DNA of 33,314 nucleotides from an uncultured Spirochaetaceae bacterium (lineage in GTDB: Bacteria; Spirochaetota; Spirochaetia; SZUA-6; Bin103): contig CAJWOB010000001.1 of assembly GCA_913043885.1 (NCBI GenBank), positions 1-33,314 on the forward strand, read 5' to 3'. Made by a program: the position numbers and the translations under genes. Every line of letters starts with the position of its first letter. Position 1 is the stretch's first letter. The notes under the pieces were generated by a model that was given only the letters and a program-made list of their open reading frames with translations, ran no database searches and was not told the origin of the DNA. Of this stretch, positions 18,771-27,827 are shown piece by piece.

Positions 18771-19458
18771 CGCTCGCCGTCTCGACGTTCAGCGGGTCCA
18801 GGAGCCTCCCGCCATCGAGCGTAAAATAATAGTAGATGCGTCCCGGTGGCACGTACAGTGTGGCTGCGTACTGGCCGGGAGCCTGTTCCTCCATCGGATA
18901 GAGGAAGGGGTCCCAGGCCGTGAAGTTGCCGACCACCGTGATTCGTCTTCCCGGAGCAGCGTCGAGTCGAAAGGTGAGACTGCCATCGGCGTTAGGCTCT
19001 GGTGAGAGCGGTCGCTCTGGTGCCTGCCCATCCGGCAACGCCACGACCGAGAAACGCACGCCGCGCTCGTCGGTGGCCGAGCTGGGATTACGGGGATCGG
19101 TCTGCCAGAGGCCGTCGACGACGATCCGGTAATGGACCTCGCCCAGGCCGTCGGGAACCTCCAGCGGCAACGCGAATACGCCTAGCTCGTTTCGGGTGAA
19201 TAGATGGAGCGTGGTAAAACCTTCGTGCGCGAACCGTGCGCCAACGAAACGGGTCGGCAAGCTGTGAGCGAAGCTCAACAGCAGGTGCTGGCGCATCAGC
19301 ACCGGCGGGCCCGAGGTCTCGATGCCGCGAATGTGGCGTTCCAGCAGTGGGTCGTCGAGCGCGGCCAGAGGAGTAGTGAGAAGAGGCAGGGCCAGCCCGG
19401 CCGCGCGCCAGCTCCTGGGCACGCCGCCGCGGCGGTTTCGCCGCCGACGGTTCCGCAT
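18724..19458 (-). CDS. Secreted protein with E-set/CBM48-like (glycogen-binding-like) domains
   Basis: 244-aa ORF with a basic N-terminus plus a hydrophobic segment. It has two beta-sandwich-like segments: VHYRIVVDGLWQTDPRNP and VVGNFTAWDPFLYPM...YYYFTLDGGRLLDPLN. The functional call is tentative. Confidence 0.55.
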   Translation of the reverse strand: MRNRRRRNRRGGVPRSWRAAGLALPLLTTPLAALDDPLLERHIRGIETSGPPVLMRQHLLLSFAHSLPTRFVGARFAHEGFTTLHLFTRNELGVFALPLEVPDGLGEVHYRIVVDGLWQTDPRNPSSATDERGVRFSVVALPDGQAPERPLSPEPNADGSLTFRLDAAPGRRITVVGNFTAWDPFLYPMEEQAPGQYAATLYVPPGRIYYYFTLDGGRLLDPLNVETASVAGLAVSSYLHGAEG

Positions 19459-19590
19459 ACTGCCAACGTCGGCCTACGCTGGGGCCAGCTTGAGCGTTTG
19501 GCGAGGTGATATGGCAGCGGCGACGGCGCAGCAACTGCTTATCCAGCCAGAGAAAGGCGCCGAAGCTGAAACTGGGGCCGCGGCGCACCT

Positions 19591-22500
19591 GTGTCGTCTC
19601 GCACCGCGGCCTCGAGTACGCGCATGCCGTCGATAGAGGACCTCGCCCAGTTCAAGCAGACGTTCGCCGATGTGGGCGGGGAGACCGCCATTCTGGCGGA
19701 CCGGGGGGAGGAGCCGGAGGACGCTCCGCCGCCCGAGGCACCCCCCGCGGAGGCCGAGGCAGTCGCGGGGCTGGGCGACGAGCTAGGGGCGCCTGGCGAT
19801 ACCGCGACCGCTCTCGGGCCCGAGGTCGACGACGGGCCAGCGCTCGATGAGCTGGATCTGGACGATCTGCTCGGCACCACCGCCGACACCGACAGCGAAG
19901 CGGTCGCCGCCACGACGGCGCCTGCTGGGGAGGAGGTCGGCGTCGTCGACGACCTGGATCTGGACGCACTGCCGCCTACGGACGAGGGCGAGGCCCCGGC
20001 CACCGACGACTTCGACCCGGACGCGCTGCAGCTGCCAGGCGAGGAGGATCCGGAGAGCACAGAGCTGGATGAGTCGGCGGCGGACGCCGGCGATCTGGAC
20101 CTCGGCGCGCTGGAGCTGCCAGAAGAGGGGGAGGCCCCGGCAGCTGACGACTTCGATCTCGACGCTTTGGAGCTGCCTGGCGAGGAGGAGCCAACCGTTC
20201 CCGCGGCCGGCGCCGAGGCCGCTGGTATGGTGGAGGGCGAGGAAGCGGACCTGGACCTGGACGCGTTGCAGCTGCCGGGCGAGGAGGAACTGGGCGAAGA
20301 GGAACCGGCCGCGGAGGCCGAGGCACTCGAAGAGGCCGCAGGCGCCGATCTGGATGCCGGCGCGCCACCCAGCGCCGGCGAGGATGAGGCCCTCGACTTC
20401 GAGCTCGACGTGGCTGATGAGGGAGACGCCGCTGACGACGACCTCGACCTGGATACGCTCGATCTGCCCGACGCGCCGGGCGACGAGGACGCCGTGGCAG
20501 ACGACGCCGACGCGGATGTCGATGCTCCTGCTGCTGTCGGCGAGGACGATCTTGAGCTCGACCTAGAGAGCAGCACCGCACCTGCAGGCGACGACGACCT
20601 CGCCGAGGATGCCGAGGAGCTGACGGAGGAGATCGGCGTCGACTCGCTCGACGAGTTTGCCTTCCCGGACGTAGGCGACGAGTTCGGCGACATCGGCGAG
20701 GCCGCTGAGATAGACGCACCCGCGGTCGAGGCACCGCCGCCGGTTAGCCGCGCCGCCACCGAAGCGGCCACCGGCACGTTTCAGCTCTCCGAGCGCGACT
20801 TCGAGCGTCTCAAGGCCAACCTGGCGGAGCTGCCGATCAACCTGCGCCTGGCGGTCCAGGACTGGGTCGTCGACGCGACCAGCGATACCCGGGTGCGTCC
20901 AGTCCTCGAGATGCTGGTGCAGGGCGCGGCGGTGTCCCAGGTGGCGATCGAGGTGCGGCGCCTCACCGGCAAGCGCATCGAGATACCGCGACACCTCGAG
21001 CGCCGCACCGGGCGAGAGCTGCAGGCGGAGATCGGGTCGCTCGCCTACCGCCTACGCCGCCGCCTGGTGCCGCTGCTGCTCACGGTGGTGGTGCTGGCCG
21101 GCGCTGGCACCGGTCTGTTCTTCCTGGGGCGCCGCTTCGTCTACCTGCCGATTCGCGCAGAGGGCCTGTATCGAAGCGGCTACGAGATGATCACCCAGGA
21201 GCGCTACCTCGAGGCGCGCAACCAGTTCGACGCCGCGGTCGCGGACCGCCCGGTGCGGGGCTGGCACCATCGTTACGCAGAGCGGTTCGTGGAACAGCAA
21301 CAGCTGGGCAGCGCAGAGGAGTTCTACGAGCGCACCCTGGCCGGCGATGGCGAAACCTACCTAGGCTGGCCCGACGACGTGGGCGCCCACGTCGCCCTGG
21401 CCCAAGTGCAAACCGAGCAGGGCAAGTTCCAGAGTGCCGAGAAGAATCTGCGCTGTGTGCTCGAGGGTGGCTTTAGCAGTGCGCCGCCTCTCGACGAGCG
21501 GGGCTGTGAGCTCGCCGCCGATATCTACCACTTCGACGCTCTGCTGGCGCAGGCGGACAACTACCTCGAGTGGTCGCATACGGCGCCGGCACGCCTGGAG
21601 GATGCGCGCTTCCACTACGCAGTTGCACTGCGCCAGTACGACTCACGCGACGAGTCTGTGTACGGCATGCTCCGCTACCAGGTTCACGTCCGCGACGAGA
21701 AGGCCGCCCGCTACCTCGGCGAGCTGCTGCGCGACAGGGAAAGCGAGATCGAGCCGGTGACGTTCACATCCCTCGCGGCGTTCCTCATCGACGAGCGCAG
21801 CATCGATGGCGCCGAGGAGTACCTGTTCGACGCGCTGAAGGAAGCGCCAGCGGATGCCGAGATCCACTACCAGCTGAGCCGCTACTTCCGCGCCGCAGGT
21901 GATCCAGGACAGGAGCTGGCGGCGTTGCGCTTCGCCGTGCAGGAGTTTGGCGCGCCGGTGGCGCCGCGAGCTGCTGAGCCGACACCGGCGGTCCCCGACC
22001 AAGTGCGCCTTGCTCATGCGGTCGAGGCGGCCAACCGGCTCGGCGAGTTGCTCTACGACCGAGGAGAGATACTGGACGCGGAGCGCCAGTTCCAGTCTGC
22101 GATCGAGATGTTCGAAGCCGCCACCCGGTCGGGGCTGCTGTCCTCCAGCGATCCCGTATTCGGTGATCTGTACGCGAACATGGGCGACATCCACTACTAC
22201 GTAACCACCAACCGTCCGGCTGCCCGGGCGATGTACGAGCGCGCGGAGGAGATCTACTCGCGCACGCCCCCCGAGGTGGACTACAAGCTCGCCTTCTTGA
22301 GCTACGTCGGCGGCGAGGAGCTAGACGCGCTCCGGCGCCTCACCCACATCGATCAGGCCCTTCCGGCCAACGAGAACCTGCTGTTTGCCCTCGGTAACGC
22401 CTTCTACGTGCGCGGCGATTACCTGGTCGCGCAGGGCTACTACCTACGACTGCTGGATATGCTGGAAACGCGGCGCAGCCGCATCCGCACGCTGCGGATT

Positions 22501-22809
22501 CGGGAAGACGCCGATCACGATGCGTTGGTGGACGACCTGATGAAGGCCTACAACAACCTCGGCGTTACCCTGAAACGGATCTCCGACTCGCGGGCCGCCG
22601 ACACCGAGAAGCTGTCACAGGCTCTGGCCAACCTCACCCAGTCCCACGAGCTCTACGACCTACTGAATCGTGAGTCGGACACCTTGGTGGCCAGCGAGAC
22701 GGCCAACCTGGCCTTCTTGAACACCAAGGGCATCCTGAGCCCGCTCGCCGAGTTCGAGCCAGAGATCTACCGCCGGCTGGCCCGGGACCTCACCGCCGAC
22801 TCGTTCTGA
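19591..22809 (+). CDS. Large membrane-anchored TPR-repeat protein with acidic tandem-repeat N-terminal region
   Basis: 1072-codon ORF; the start is GTG 19591 or ATG 19624 (MPSIEDLAQFKQTF...). About 370 residues are D/E/A/L/P-rich repeats. A single predicted TM segment (LVPLLLTVVVLAGAGTGLFFLG, about 21070-21135) follows, then about 560 residues of TPR-like helical repeats. Confidence 0.8.
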   Translation: MSSRTAASSTRMPSIEDLAQFKQTFADVGGETAILADRGEEPEDAPPPEAPPAEAEAVAGLGDELGAPGDTATALGPEVDDGPALDELDLDDLLGTTADTDSEAVAATTAPAGEEVGVVDDLDLDALPPTDEGEAPATDDFDPDALQLPGEEDPESTELDESAADAGDLDLGALELPEEGEAPAADDFDLDALELPGEEEPTVPAAGAEAAGMVEGEEADLDLDALQLPGEEELGEEEPAAEAEALEEAAGADLDAGAPPSAGEDEALDFELDVADEGDAADDDLDLDTLDLPDAPGDEDAVADDADADVDAPAAVGEDDLELDLESSTAPAGDDDLAEDAEELTEEIGVDSLDEFAFPDVGDEFGDIGEAAEIDAPAVEAPPPVSRAATEAATGTFQLSERDFERLKANLAELPINLRLAVQDWVVDATSDTRVRPVLEMLVQGAAVSQVAIEVRRLTGKRIEIPRHLERRTGRELQAEIGSLAYRLRRRLVPLLLTVVVLAGAGTGLFFLGRRFVYLPIRAEGLYRSGYEMITQERYLEARNQFDAAVADRPVRGWHHRYAERFVEQQQLGSAEEFYERTLAGDGETYLGWPDDVGAHVALAQVQTEQGKFQSAEKNLRCVLEGGFSSAPPLDERGCELAADIYHFDALLAQADNYLEWSHTAPARLEDARFHYAVALRQYDSRDESVYGMLRYQVHVRDEKAARYLGELLRDRESEIEPVTFTSLAAFLIDERSIDGAEEYLFDALKEAPADAEIHYQLSRYFRAAGDPGQELAALRFAVQEFGAPVAPRAAEPTPAVPDQVRLAHAVEAANRLGELLYDRGEILDAERQFQSAIEMFEAATRSGLLSSSDPVFGDLYANMGDIHYYVTTNRPAARAMYERAEEIYSRTPPEVDYKLAFLSYVGGEELDALRRLTHIDQALPANENLLFALGNAFYVRGDYLVAQGYYLRLLDMLETRRSRIRTLRIREDADHDALVDDLMKAYNNLGVTLKRISDSRAADTEKLSQALANLTQSHELYDLLNRESDTLVASETANLAFLNTKGILSPLAEFEPEIYRRLARDLTADSF
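19846..20575 (+). repeat. Degenerate in-frame tandem repeats encoding D-[LF]-D-L-D-A-L-x-L-P-G-E-E units
   Basis: Recurrent units are seen directly: DELDLDDLLG, DDLDLDALPPTDEGEAPATDDFDPDALQLPGEED, GDLDLGALELPEEGEAPAADDFDLDALELPGEEE, ADLDLDALQLPGEEE, DDLDLDTLDLPDAPGDED, DDLELDLES. Confidence 0.8.
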
Positions 22810-22827
22810 GTCGCCTGGAAGGCTGAG

Positions 22828-23943
22828 TTAGGCAGCCGTCGCCACCGGGCTGGTGCAGGGCACCATCCAGCCGTAGGTGTCCTCGATGGCGCCGTACTGG
22901 ATTCCCTTGAGCGTTCTCAGCAGCCGCTGGGTGATGGGACCCATGCGCCCGTCGCCAAAGGTCTTCTCGACATCGCCGTGGGTGACCGAGCTGAAGTAGG
23001 TAACACCTGCGGCAGTGCCGGTGCCGAAGAACTCGACGCCGCGGTCCATCACCTCCTCGATGGCTAGCGGGCGCTCCTCCACGGCAAGCCCCCACTCCCG
23101 GGCGAGCTCCATGACGGTGGTGCGGGTGATGCCCGGGAGCACGGTGTCGCCGAGCTCCGGGGTAACCAACGTCTCGTCATCGAGCACGGAGAATAGGTTG
23201 CAGGAGGATCCCTCTTCGATATATCGCCGCTCGACCGCATCGAGGAACACGCACTCGATGAAGCCCCGCTCCTCGGCCTCCATCTTGGCCAGGGCGCTGG
23301 TGACGTAGTTGCTGTTGCACTTGATCCAGCCGGTGCCGCCGGGCGTGGCGCGCACCCGGCGGGTGGTGCTGGTGGGAGAGGAGTCGCCTGGCGCAAAGTA
23401 GGACCCGACCCGGGTGGTGACGATTATGAAGTAGGGAAAGCGGCTCAGGTTAACGCCGATACCGCCTTCCGAGTAGGAGAAGGGGCGGACATACATGGAC
23501 GCACCGGAGGCGAAGTCGTCGGCCTCCCATCCCGGGTCATAGACCGGGGCGAAGCCGATCTCTTGGTTGCGGGTGACCACGCCCCGCACCGCGTCCACGA
23601 ACCCTTCGACCGGAAACGCCGGCATGTGGAGACCGGCCATCGAGCGGGCCATGCGGACGCCGTTGTCCATGGGACGGAACAGCTTGAGCGAGCCGTCGGG
23701 CTGCGGAAACGCCTTCAACCCTTCGAAGCAGCCCATACCGTACTGGGTGGTGTAGTTGACCAGCGGCAAATCGGCGAAGCGATTGCGTTCGAGAAACAGT
23801 GCCTCTCGCTCCGCGTCCGTGAGCGCTGCCTCCTGCTCCGGCGTCGAGTGTGGCTTCTCCTCGTAGCGATCGTCCCAGGTCGTGCCAGTCCACTGGCTTA
23901 CGAAGACCCAGGGGTAGATCGCCAGGCTGAACTCGGACGCCAT
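22828..23943 (-). CDS. ilvE: Branched-chain amino acid aminotransferase (class IV)
   Basis: ATG 23941-23943 (MASEFSL...) preceded by GAGGAGG. YGMGCFEGLKAF, YVRPF, GTGWIKCNSNY and LPGITR match the class IV aminotransferase family. Confidence 0.88.
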   Translation of the reverse strand: MASEFSLAIYPWVFVSQWTGTTWDDRYEEKPHSTPEQEAALTDAEREALFLERNRFADLPLVNYTTQYGMGCFEGLKAFPQPDGSLKLFRPMDNGVRMARSMAGLHMPAFPVEGFVDAVRGVVTRNQEIGFAPVYDPGWEADDFASGASMYVRPFSYSEGGIGVNLSRFPYFIIVTTRVGSYFAPGDSSPTSTTRRVRATPGGTGWIKCNSNYVTSALAKMEAEERGFIECVFLDAVERRYIEEGSSCNLFSVLDDETLVTPELGDTVLPGITRTTVMELAREWGLAVEERPLAIEEVMDRGVEFFGTGTAAGVTYFSSVTHGDVEKTFGDGRMGPITQRLLRTLKGIQYGAIEDTYGWMVPCTSPVATAA

Positions 23944-24100
23944 GGATCCTGCCTCCTCGCTTATCGCGCTCGGGGACGGCGCAGCGGGCCGCCAGCCGCG
24001 AATCAACGATTAGATCAATCGCGTCGCGGTCGGGTCAAGGAGCGGCCATCTTTTTTGCGTTCGTCGGCGTGCGGCTGCCGATAATCATGAAGACCGCGCC

Positions 24101-24400
24101 ATGAACAGCAGCGCCCGAGACCACATCATCTTCTTCATCGCCCAGAAACTGTTTCACCTCGAACGAGTAGGTCACACCGAGCGCTACAATCGCATGATCT
24201 CGCTGTTCGAGCAGATCAATCTCGATGGGCTGTTGCAGTACCTGTCCCGCTACTACGAGGCCGATGTCGACCGCGAGCTCGACGACATATTTATGGAAGA
24301 AGGCGAGCTAGCCTTCGTGACCCGTCGTGCCGGCTACCGCTTCAAACACATCTACCGCGACGGGCGGCTGCGCCTCATCGGCATCGACACCGCAGAGTAG
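24101..24400 (+). CDS. Hypothetical small protein (99 aa)
   Basis: Clean ATG..TAG ORF with coding-like codon usage. No family recognised. Confidence 0.55.
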   Translation: MNSSARDHIIFFIAQKLFHLERVGHTERYNRMISLFEQINLDGLLQYLSRYYEADVDRELDDIFMEEGELAFVTRRAGYRFKHIYRDGRLRLIGIDTAE

Positions 24401-25416
24401 CCGACCGACTGAGGAAGTCGGCTGCGACTCGGAAGTCCTAACCTCAGCAGTCGAAGGTGGTGCCCTCTCGGGCTGCCACCACCTCCAAGCCCTTCTCGAG
24501 AGTGCCGGCATGGGCGCGCGCGTCGCGTTCCATGCTTGGCCACCACGGCGTCGTCGTTGCGCGGGTCGAAGTGGGTCAGCACCAGCCGCTTGACGCCGGC
24601 TGCCGCCGCCACCTCCACCGCGCTCTTGAAGTCGGAGTGTCCGAATCCCTGCACCACCGGCGCGGTGCCCAGGTACTGCTCCTCGGTGTACTGCGAGTCG
24701 TGGATGAGGATGTCGGCTCCCAAGGCGAACTTGATCAGGGCCTGGTTGCCGCCGCGGAACGCTTCGGCGTCGGTTGCATACACCACGCTGTGGCCAGTGG
24801 CGTGTTCGGTGATGCGGTAGAACAGCGTACCGTTCTGAGGGTGGGCGTAGTTGTCGGCGCAGTCGATGCGCCCCACCTCGTTGGGATGAGTGGGCGCCGA
24901 CACGTGGCTGGCGAGATGGAGATTCTCGGCGCGCGGGTAGTAGTGGGCCATCTCTGGCCAGCGGTCGCCGAACAGGCGAGCCGCCTCTTCCGCATCCTCA
25001 GCGCTCGGCAACCGGATCGAGTCCACGCCTCGTAGCTCGTTGAACGCCATGCGCCCCCTCACGTCACTGAGCAGCGCCGGGAAGGTGGGGACGTCGAATA
25101 GCTCGGTGCGCAGCACGTCGACCAGCGATCGCTTCATACGTGCCGGCGCGTACATATGGAGGGCGCGATCGGGGAAATAGATGGCCGGGAAGAATGGCAG
25201 TCCCTGCTGGTGATCGTGGTGGACGTGGGAGAAGACCAGCAGGAACACCTGGCGGTCGGCGATGTCGATGTTGCGAACACCGGTACCGGCATCGAGGATG
25301 AGCTGGTGATCATCTCCTATGCTCATCGAGAAGCAGGTGGTGTTGCCGCCAAACTTCACGGTGCTGGGACCGGGCACCGGTACCGACCCGCGCACGCCCC
25401 AGCAGTGAACCTGCAT
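24352..25416 (-). CDS. MBL-fold metallo-hydrolase, probable frameshift near 24534 (predicted authentic stop at 24444-24446)
   Basis: Has the HVHHDH (HxHxDH) motif and THFDP. After ...DDAVVAK the annotated frame turns Arg-rich and loses third-position GC bias. The adjacent frame reads MERDARAHAGTLEKGLEVVAAREGTTFDC* with normal codon bias. Confidence 0.8.
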   Translation of the reverse strand: MQVHCWGVRGSVPVPGPSTVKFGGNTTCFSMSIGDDHQLILDAGTGVRNIDIADRQVFLLVFSHVHHDHQQGLPFFPAIYFPDRALHMYAPARMKRSLVDVLRTELFDVPTFPALLSDVRGRMAFNELRGVDSIRLPSAEDAEEAARLFGDRWPEMAHYYPRAENLHLASHVSAPTHPNEVGRIDCADNYAHPQNGTLFYRITEHATGHSVVYATDAEAFRGGNQALIKFALGADILIHDSQYTEEQYLGTAPVVQGFGHSDFKSAVEVAAAAGVKRLVLTHFDPRNDDAVVAKHGTRRARPCRHSREGLGGGGSPRGHHLRLLRLGLPSRSRLPQSVGYSAVSMPMRRSRPSR

Positions 25417-25480
25417 GAGCGACTATTCTTTTGGGATCACGATGGGTGATCAACGCGGCGCCGCGGTGAGCGGCGGGTGC

Positions 25481-26248
25481 TCACACCATCACCTCTGGCT
25501 CTGTTGGGGGTCGCACCAGGTGCTTCTCGATGCCGGCCAGAAGCTCTGCGTCGATCGCCCTGAGCAGGTCTGACGCACCCTGCTTGCTCTGCGCCACCCG
25601 CTCCGCGGTCAGCTGCTCCTCCTCCACGAGATCGTCGACCCGCTGCCGCTCCGCTTCCAGGGCGGTCAACAGCTCTCGGGTCTTGTAGCGCTCTGCGGCG
25701 GCGAACGAGGCGGTACTGTGGATGCGGCTGATGGTCTCGGCCTACCGGGTGAGCACCGGCTCGAGTGGCGACAGGTCGGCACGCCGCAGAGTCGGCGCGC
25801 TGTCGGCCTCCTGGGAAGCGGCCACCGCCTCGCTGATCATCTGGCTGTAGTGCCTGCGGATGGTGGCGAAGATGCCATCGAAGGTCTGGGCGAAGCTGGC
25901 CTGCAGACGCTGGCGCTGGTCCGGACCGGCCGCCGCCTTGGCCGCGCGCACCGCCACCCGTTGCAGCATCACCAGGAACAGCACCTCGCGGGTGACCGCC
26001 GCCAGCCCGCTGATCTGCTCGGTGGTGAGCGTCTGGTATTTGCCCTCGTCGACGGCGAAGAAGACCGGGGCGAGGCGCTCACGCTTCAGCGCGGCCAGAT
26101 GTTGGTGGCTGCCGCTGCGTAGCTCCGCGGCCAGCGCGGCGACCGCCTCGTCGGTCAGCTGCAGATGATCGCGCACCGCGAAGTACTGGAGAGGTAGCTG
26201 GCGCAACTCAAACCAGTCGCCCTTGATAGGCCGTTGCAGCAGGTCCAT
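25481..26248 (-). pseudogene. Hypothetical protein gene interrupted by an in-frame TAG (25742-25744)
   Basis: ORFs 25742..26248 and 25481..25669 are in the same frame. The 72 nt between them are open and protein-like: ...LSPLEPVLTR*AETISRIHSTASFAAAERYKTRELLTALEAERQRV... Confidence 0.6.
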
Positions 26249-26339
26249 TGGTCAAACTGATAAATGTAGGCCGCCGCTGTCGCGCCATCAACGTCGTACG
26301 AGTCTGTCAAATTAATTACTGACAGCGCCGAAGAGAAGG

Positions 26340-26367
26340 TTGACAGTTTCAACGGTGCCGGTAGAAT
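26340..26367 (+). promoter_or_regulatory. Sigma70-like promoter (TTGACA - 16 nt - TAGAAT)
   Basis: TTGACA at 26340-26345 and TAGAAT at 26362-26367, in an AT-rich tract about 80 nt upstream of the AAGGAGG/GTG of the following gene. Confidence 0.6.
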
Positions 26368-26446
26368 CTTTCGGAACTATATAGCGGGGATACCTTTGGG
26401 CCGTTGGCCCGCTTGTGGGCCCCGGCAAAATGTTAAGGAGGAAGTT

Positions 26447-27739
26447 GTGAGGAAAATCGCGCTTCTACTTGCGTTTCTCTTAGCCGCGGGCTCGGCCGGC
26501 GTGTTTGCCGAAACAGCAATTTCGACCGACTTCAGCATCTCGGGTGATGCATCGCTCAAGTTTGCTTATGATCTGGCTACTGGTGGCTTTGGGTTTACGA
26601 ACTCTGCGACTGGGGATATCTCGTTAACTCTCGCGTCTGGCGATGCCACGAACGATCCTGGCAGTGACTGGCGTGGAGTGATTTCTTTGACCGGCTTTAA
26701 AATCGATATCGGTAGCGGCGCTGGTGCAGACTTCACCGGGGTCACCGGCTTGGACGATGACGAGTTCCTGCTGCTCGACGATGCGACTGCGGCGAACTCG
26801 ACCGAAGCTGACCTGCTGGAAACCGGGACCGCCGACAGCGACCTCCTCGTAACTGATCCTAGTGTCGAGGCCTATATCACTAACGGCGACATTAAGATCT
26901 GGGTTTACGATCATCCCACCAATAGTGCTACGCAGGTAGCTGCGGTTGAGGATGCTGACTCGGGTGCGGAAAACGAAGATTCAGACATAGGTACGGATCT
27001 TTCTGAGAACGGCGGCGTCAAAGTGGCTTTTGGGTTCGACCCGGTAGACATAACCGTCGGTCTTACGACTCTCAACGATGAGACCGGTGATCCTGAAGAC
27101 CAGGAATTCCAGCTCAGCGCTACACTCGACGCGTCCTTTGATCCGATTACTGTCGGAGTGTCACTTGCTCAGGATCTAGGCACTTCGCAGGGCGGTGCGA
27201 CCATCATTGGTTCTAAAGTGGGCGGCACCTTCGGCCCCGCTACCGTGTCTGTCGGTGTCGATGTCGACACTAACGCAGAAAACTTCGAGGCTGGTGGTGG
27301 CGTCGATCTGACAGTCGTTGACGGCGTTGATGTTGGAGTAGACTTTATCTACTCGGATAATACCGCCGTCGCCTTGGATGCCGAGGTCGCAGTCGGCCTT
27401 GGGATCATTGACGGTCTTGATATCGACCTCGCCGCCGGTCTGTATGACCTCGCAGGTGGTGACACTACGGCTGGTGCGGATACCCGCCAGGATGACGAAT
27501 TGGACGTGAGCATTGGCGTCGATGTCAGCTTCGCCACTGACGCGTTGGGAGGCTCTCTCACCACAGCCGTCGGCTTCGACACAGATACGATTAACGGTGG
27601 CGACGCCACTAACGGCGCCGACTTGAAGGTCACTCTGGCTGGCCAGATTCCGAACACCGAGTTCGTGCTCGCGTGGTCGGACTCCGATCTTAGTGAATTT
27701 GACGGTACCGTTTCGTTCACTACCAAAGTCAGCTACTAG
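26447..27739 (+). CDS. Secreted Asp/Gly/Thr-rich protein, probable outer-membrane beta-barrel
   Basis: AAGGAGG (26435-26441) lies 5 nt before GTG 26447. VRKIALLLAFLLAAGSAGVFAE is a signal peptide. There are many alternating amphipathic strands (VKVAFGFDPVDITVGLTT, ATVSVGVDVD, VDLTVVDGVDVGVDFIY, LDVSIGVDVSFA). The C-terminus is ...VSFTTKVSY with a terminal aromatic residue. G+C is markedly lower than in neighbouring genes. Confidence 0.7.
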   Translation: MRKIALLLAFLLAAGSAGVFAETAISTDFSISGDASLKFAYDLATGGFGFTNSATGDISLTLASGDATNDPGSDWRGVISLTGFKIDIGSGAGADFTGVTGLDDDEFLLLDDATAANSTEADLLETGTADSDLLVTDPSVEAYITNGDIKIWVYDHPTNSATQVAAVEDADSGAENEDSDIGTDLSENGGVKVAFGFDPVDITVGLTTLNDETGDPEDQEFQLSATLDASFDPITVGVSLAQDLGTSQGGATIIGSKVGGTFGPATVSVGVDVDTNAENFEAGGGVDLTVVDGVDVGVDFIYSDNTAVALDAEVAVGLGIIDGLDIDLAAGLYDLAGGDTTAGADTRQDDELDVSIGVDVSFATDALGGSLTTAVGFDTDTINGGDATNGADLKVTLAGQIPNTEFVLAWSDSDLSEFDGTVSFTTKVSY

Positions 27740-27795
27740 ACTCAACGATATCTTGACTGATCGGCGGTGACTCCGTCGGTCGGTGGTAGATTGAG

Positions 27796-27827
27796 GGATG
27801 CACCGGCAACGGTGCATCCTTTTTTTT
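27796..27827 (+). terminator. Rho-independent terminator
   Basis: GGATGCACCG-GCAA-CGGTGCATCC is a perfect 10-bp stem. It is followed by TTTTTTTT and lies 57 nt after the stop at 27737-27739. Confidence 0.9.

Noticed and set aside
19846-20575. Repeat-rich DNA that might be taken for a CRISPR-like or satellite array
   Set aside because: The repeats are degenerate, lack unique spacers of fixed length, and are in frame inside a long ORF encoding an acidic peptide repeat.
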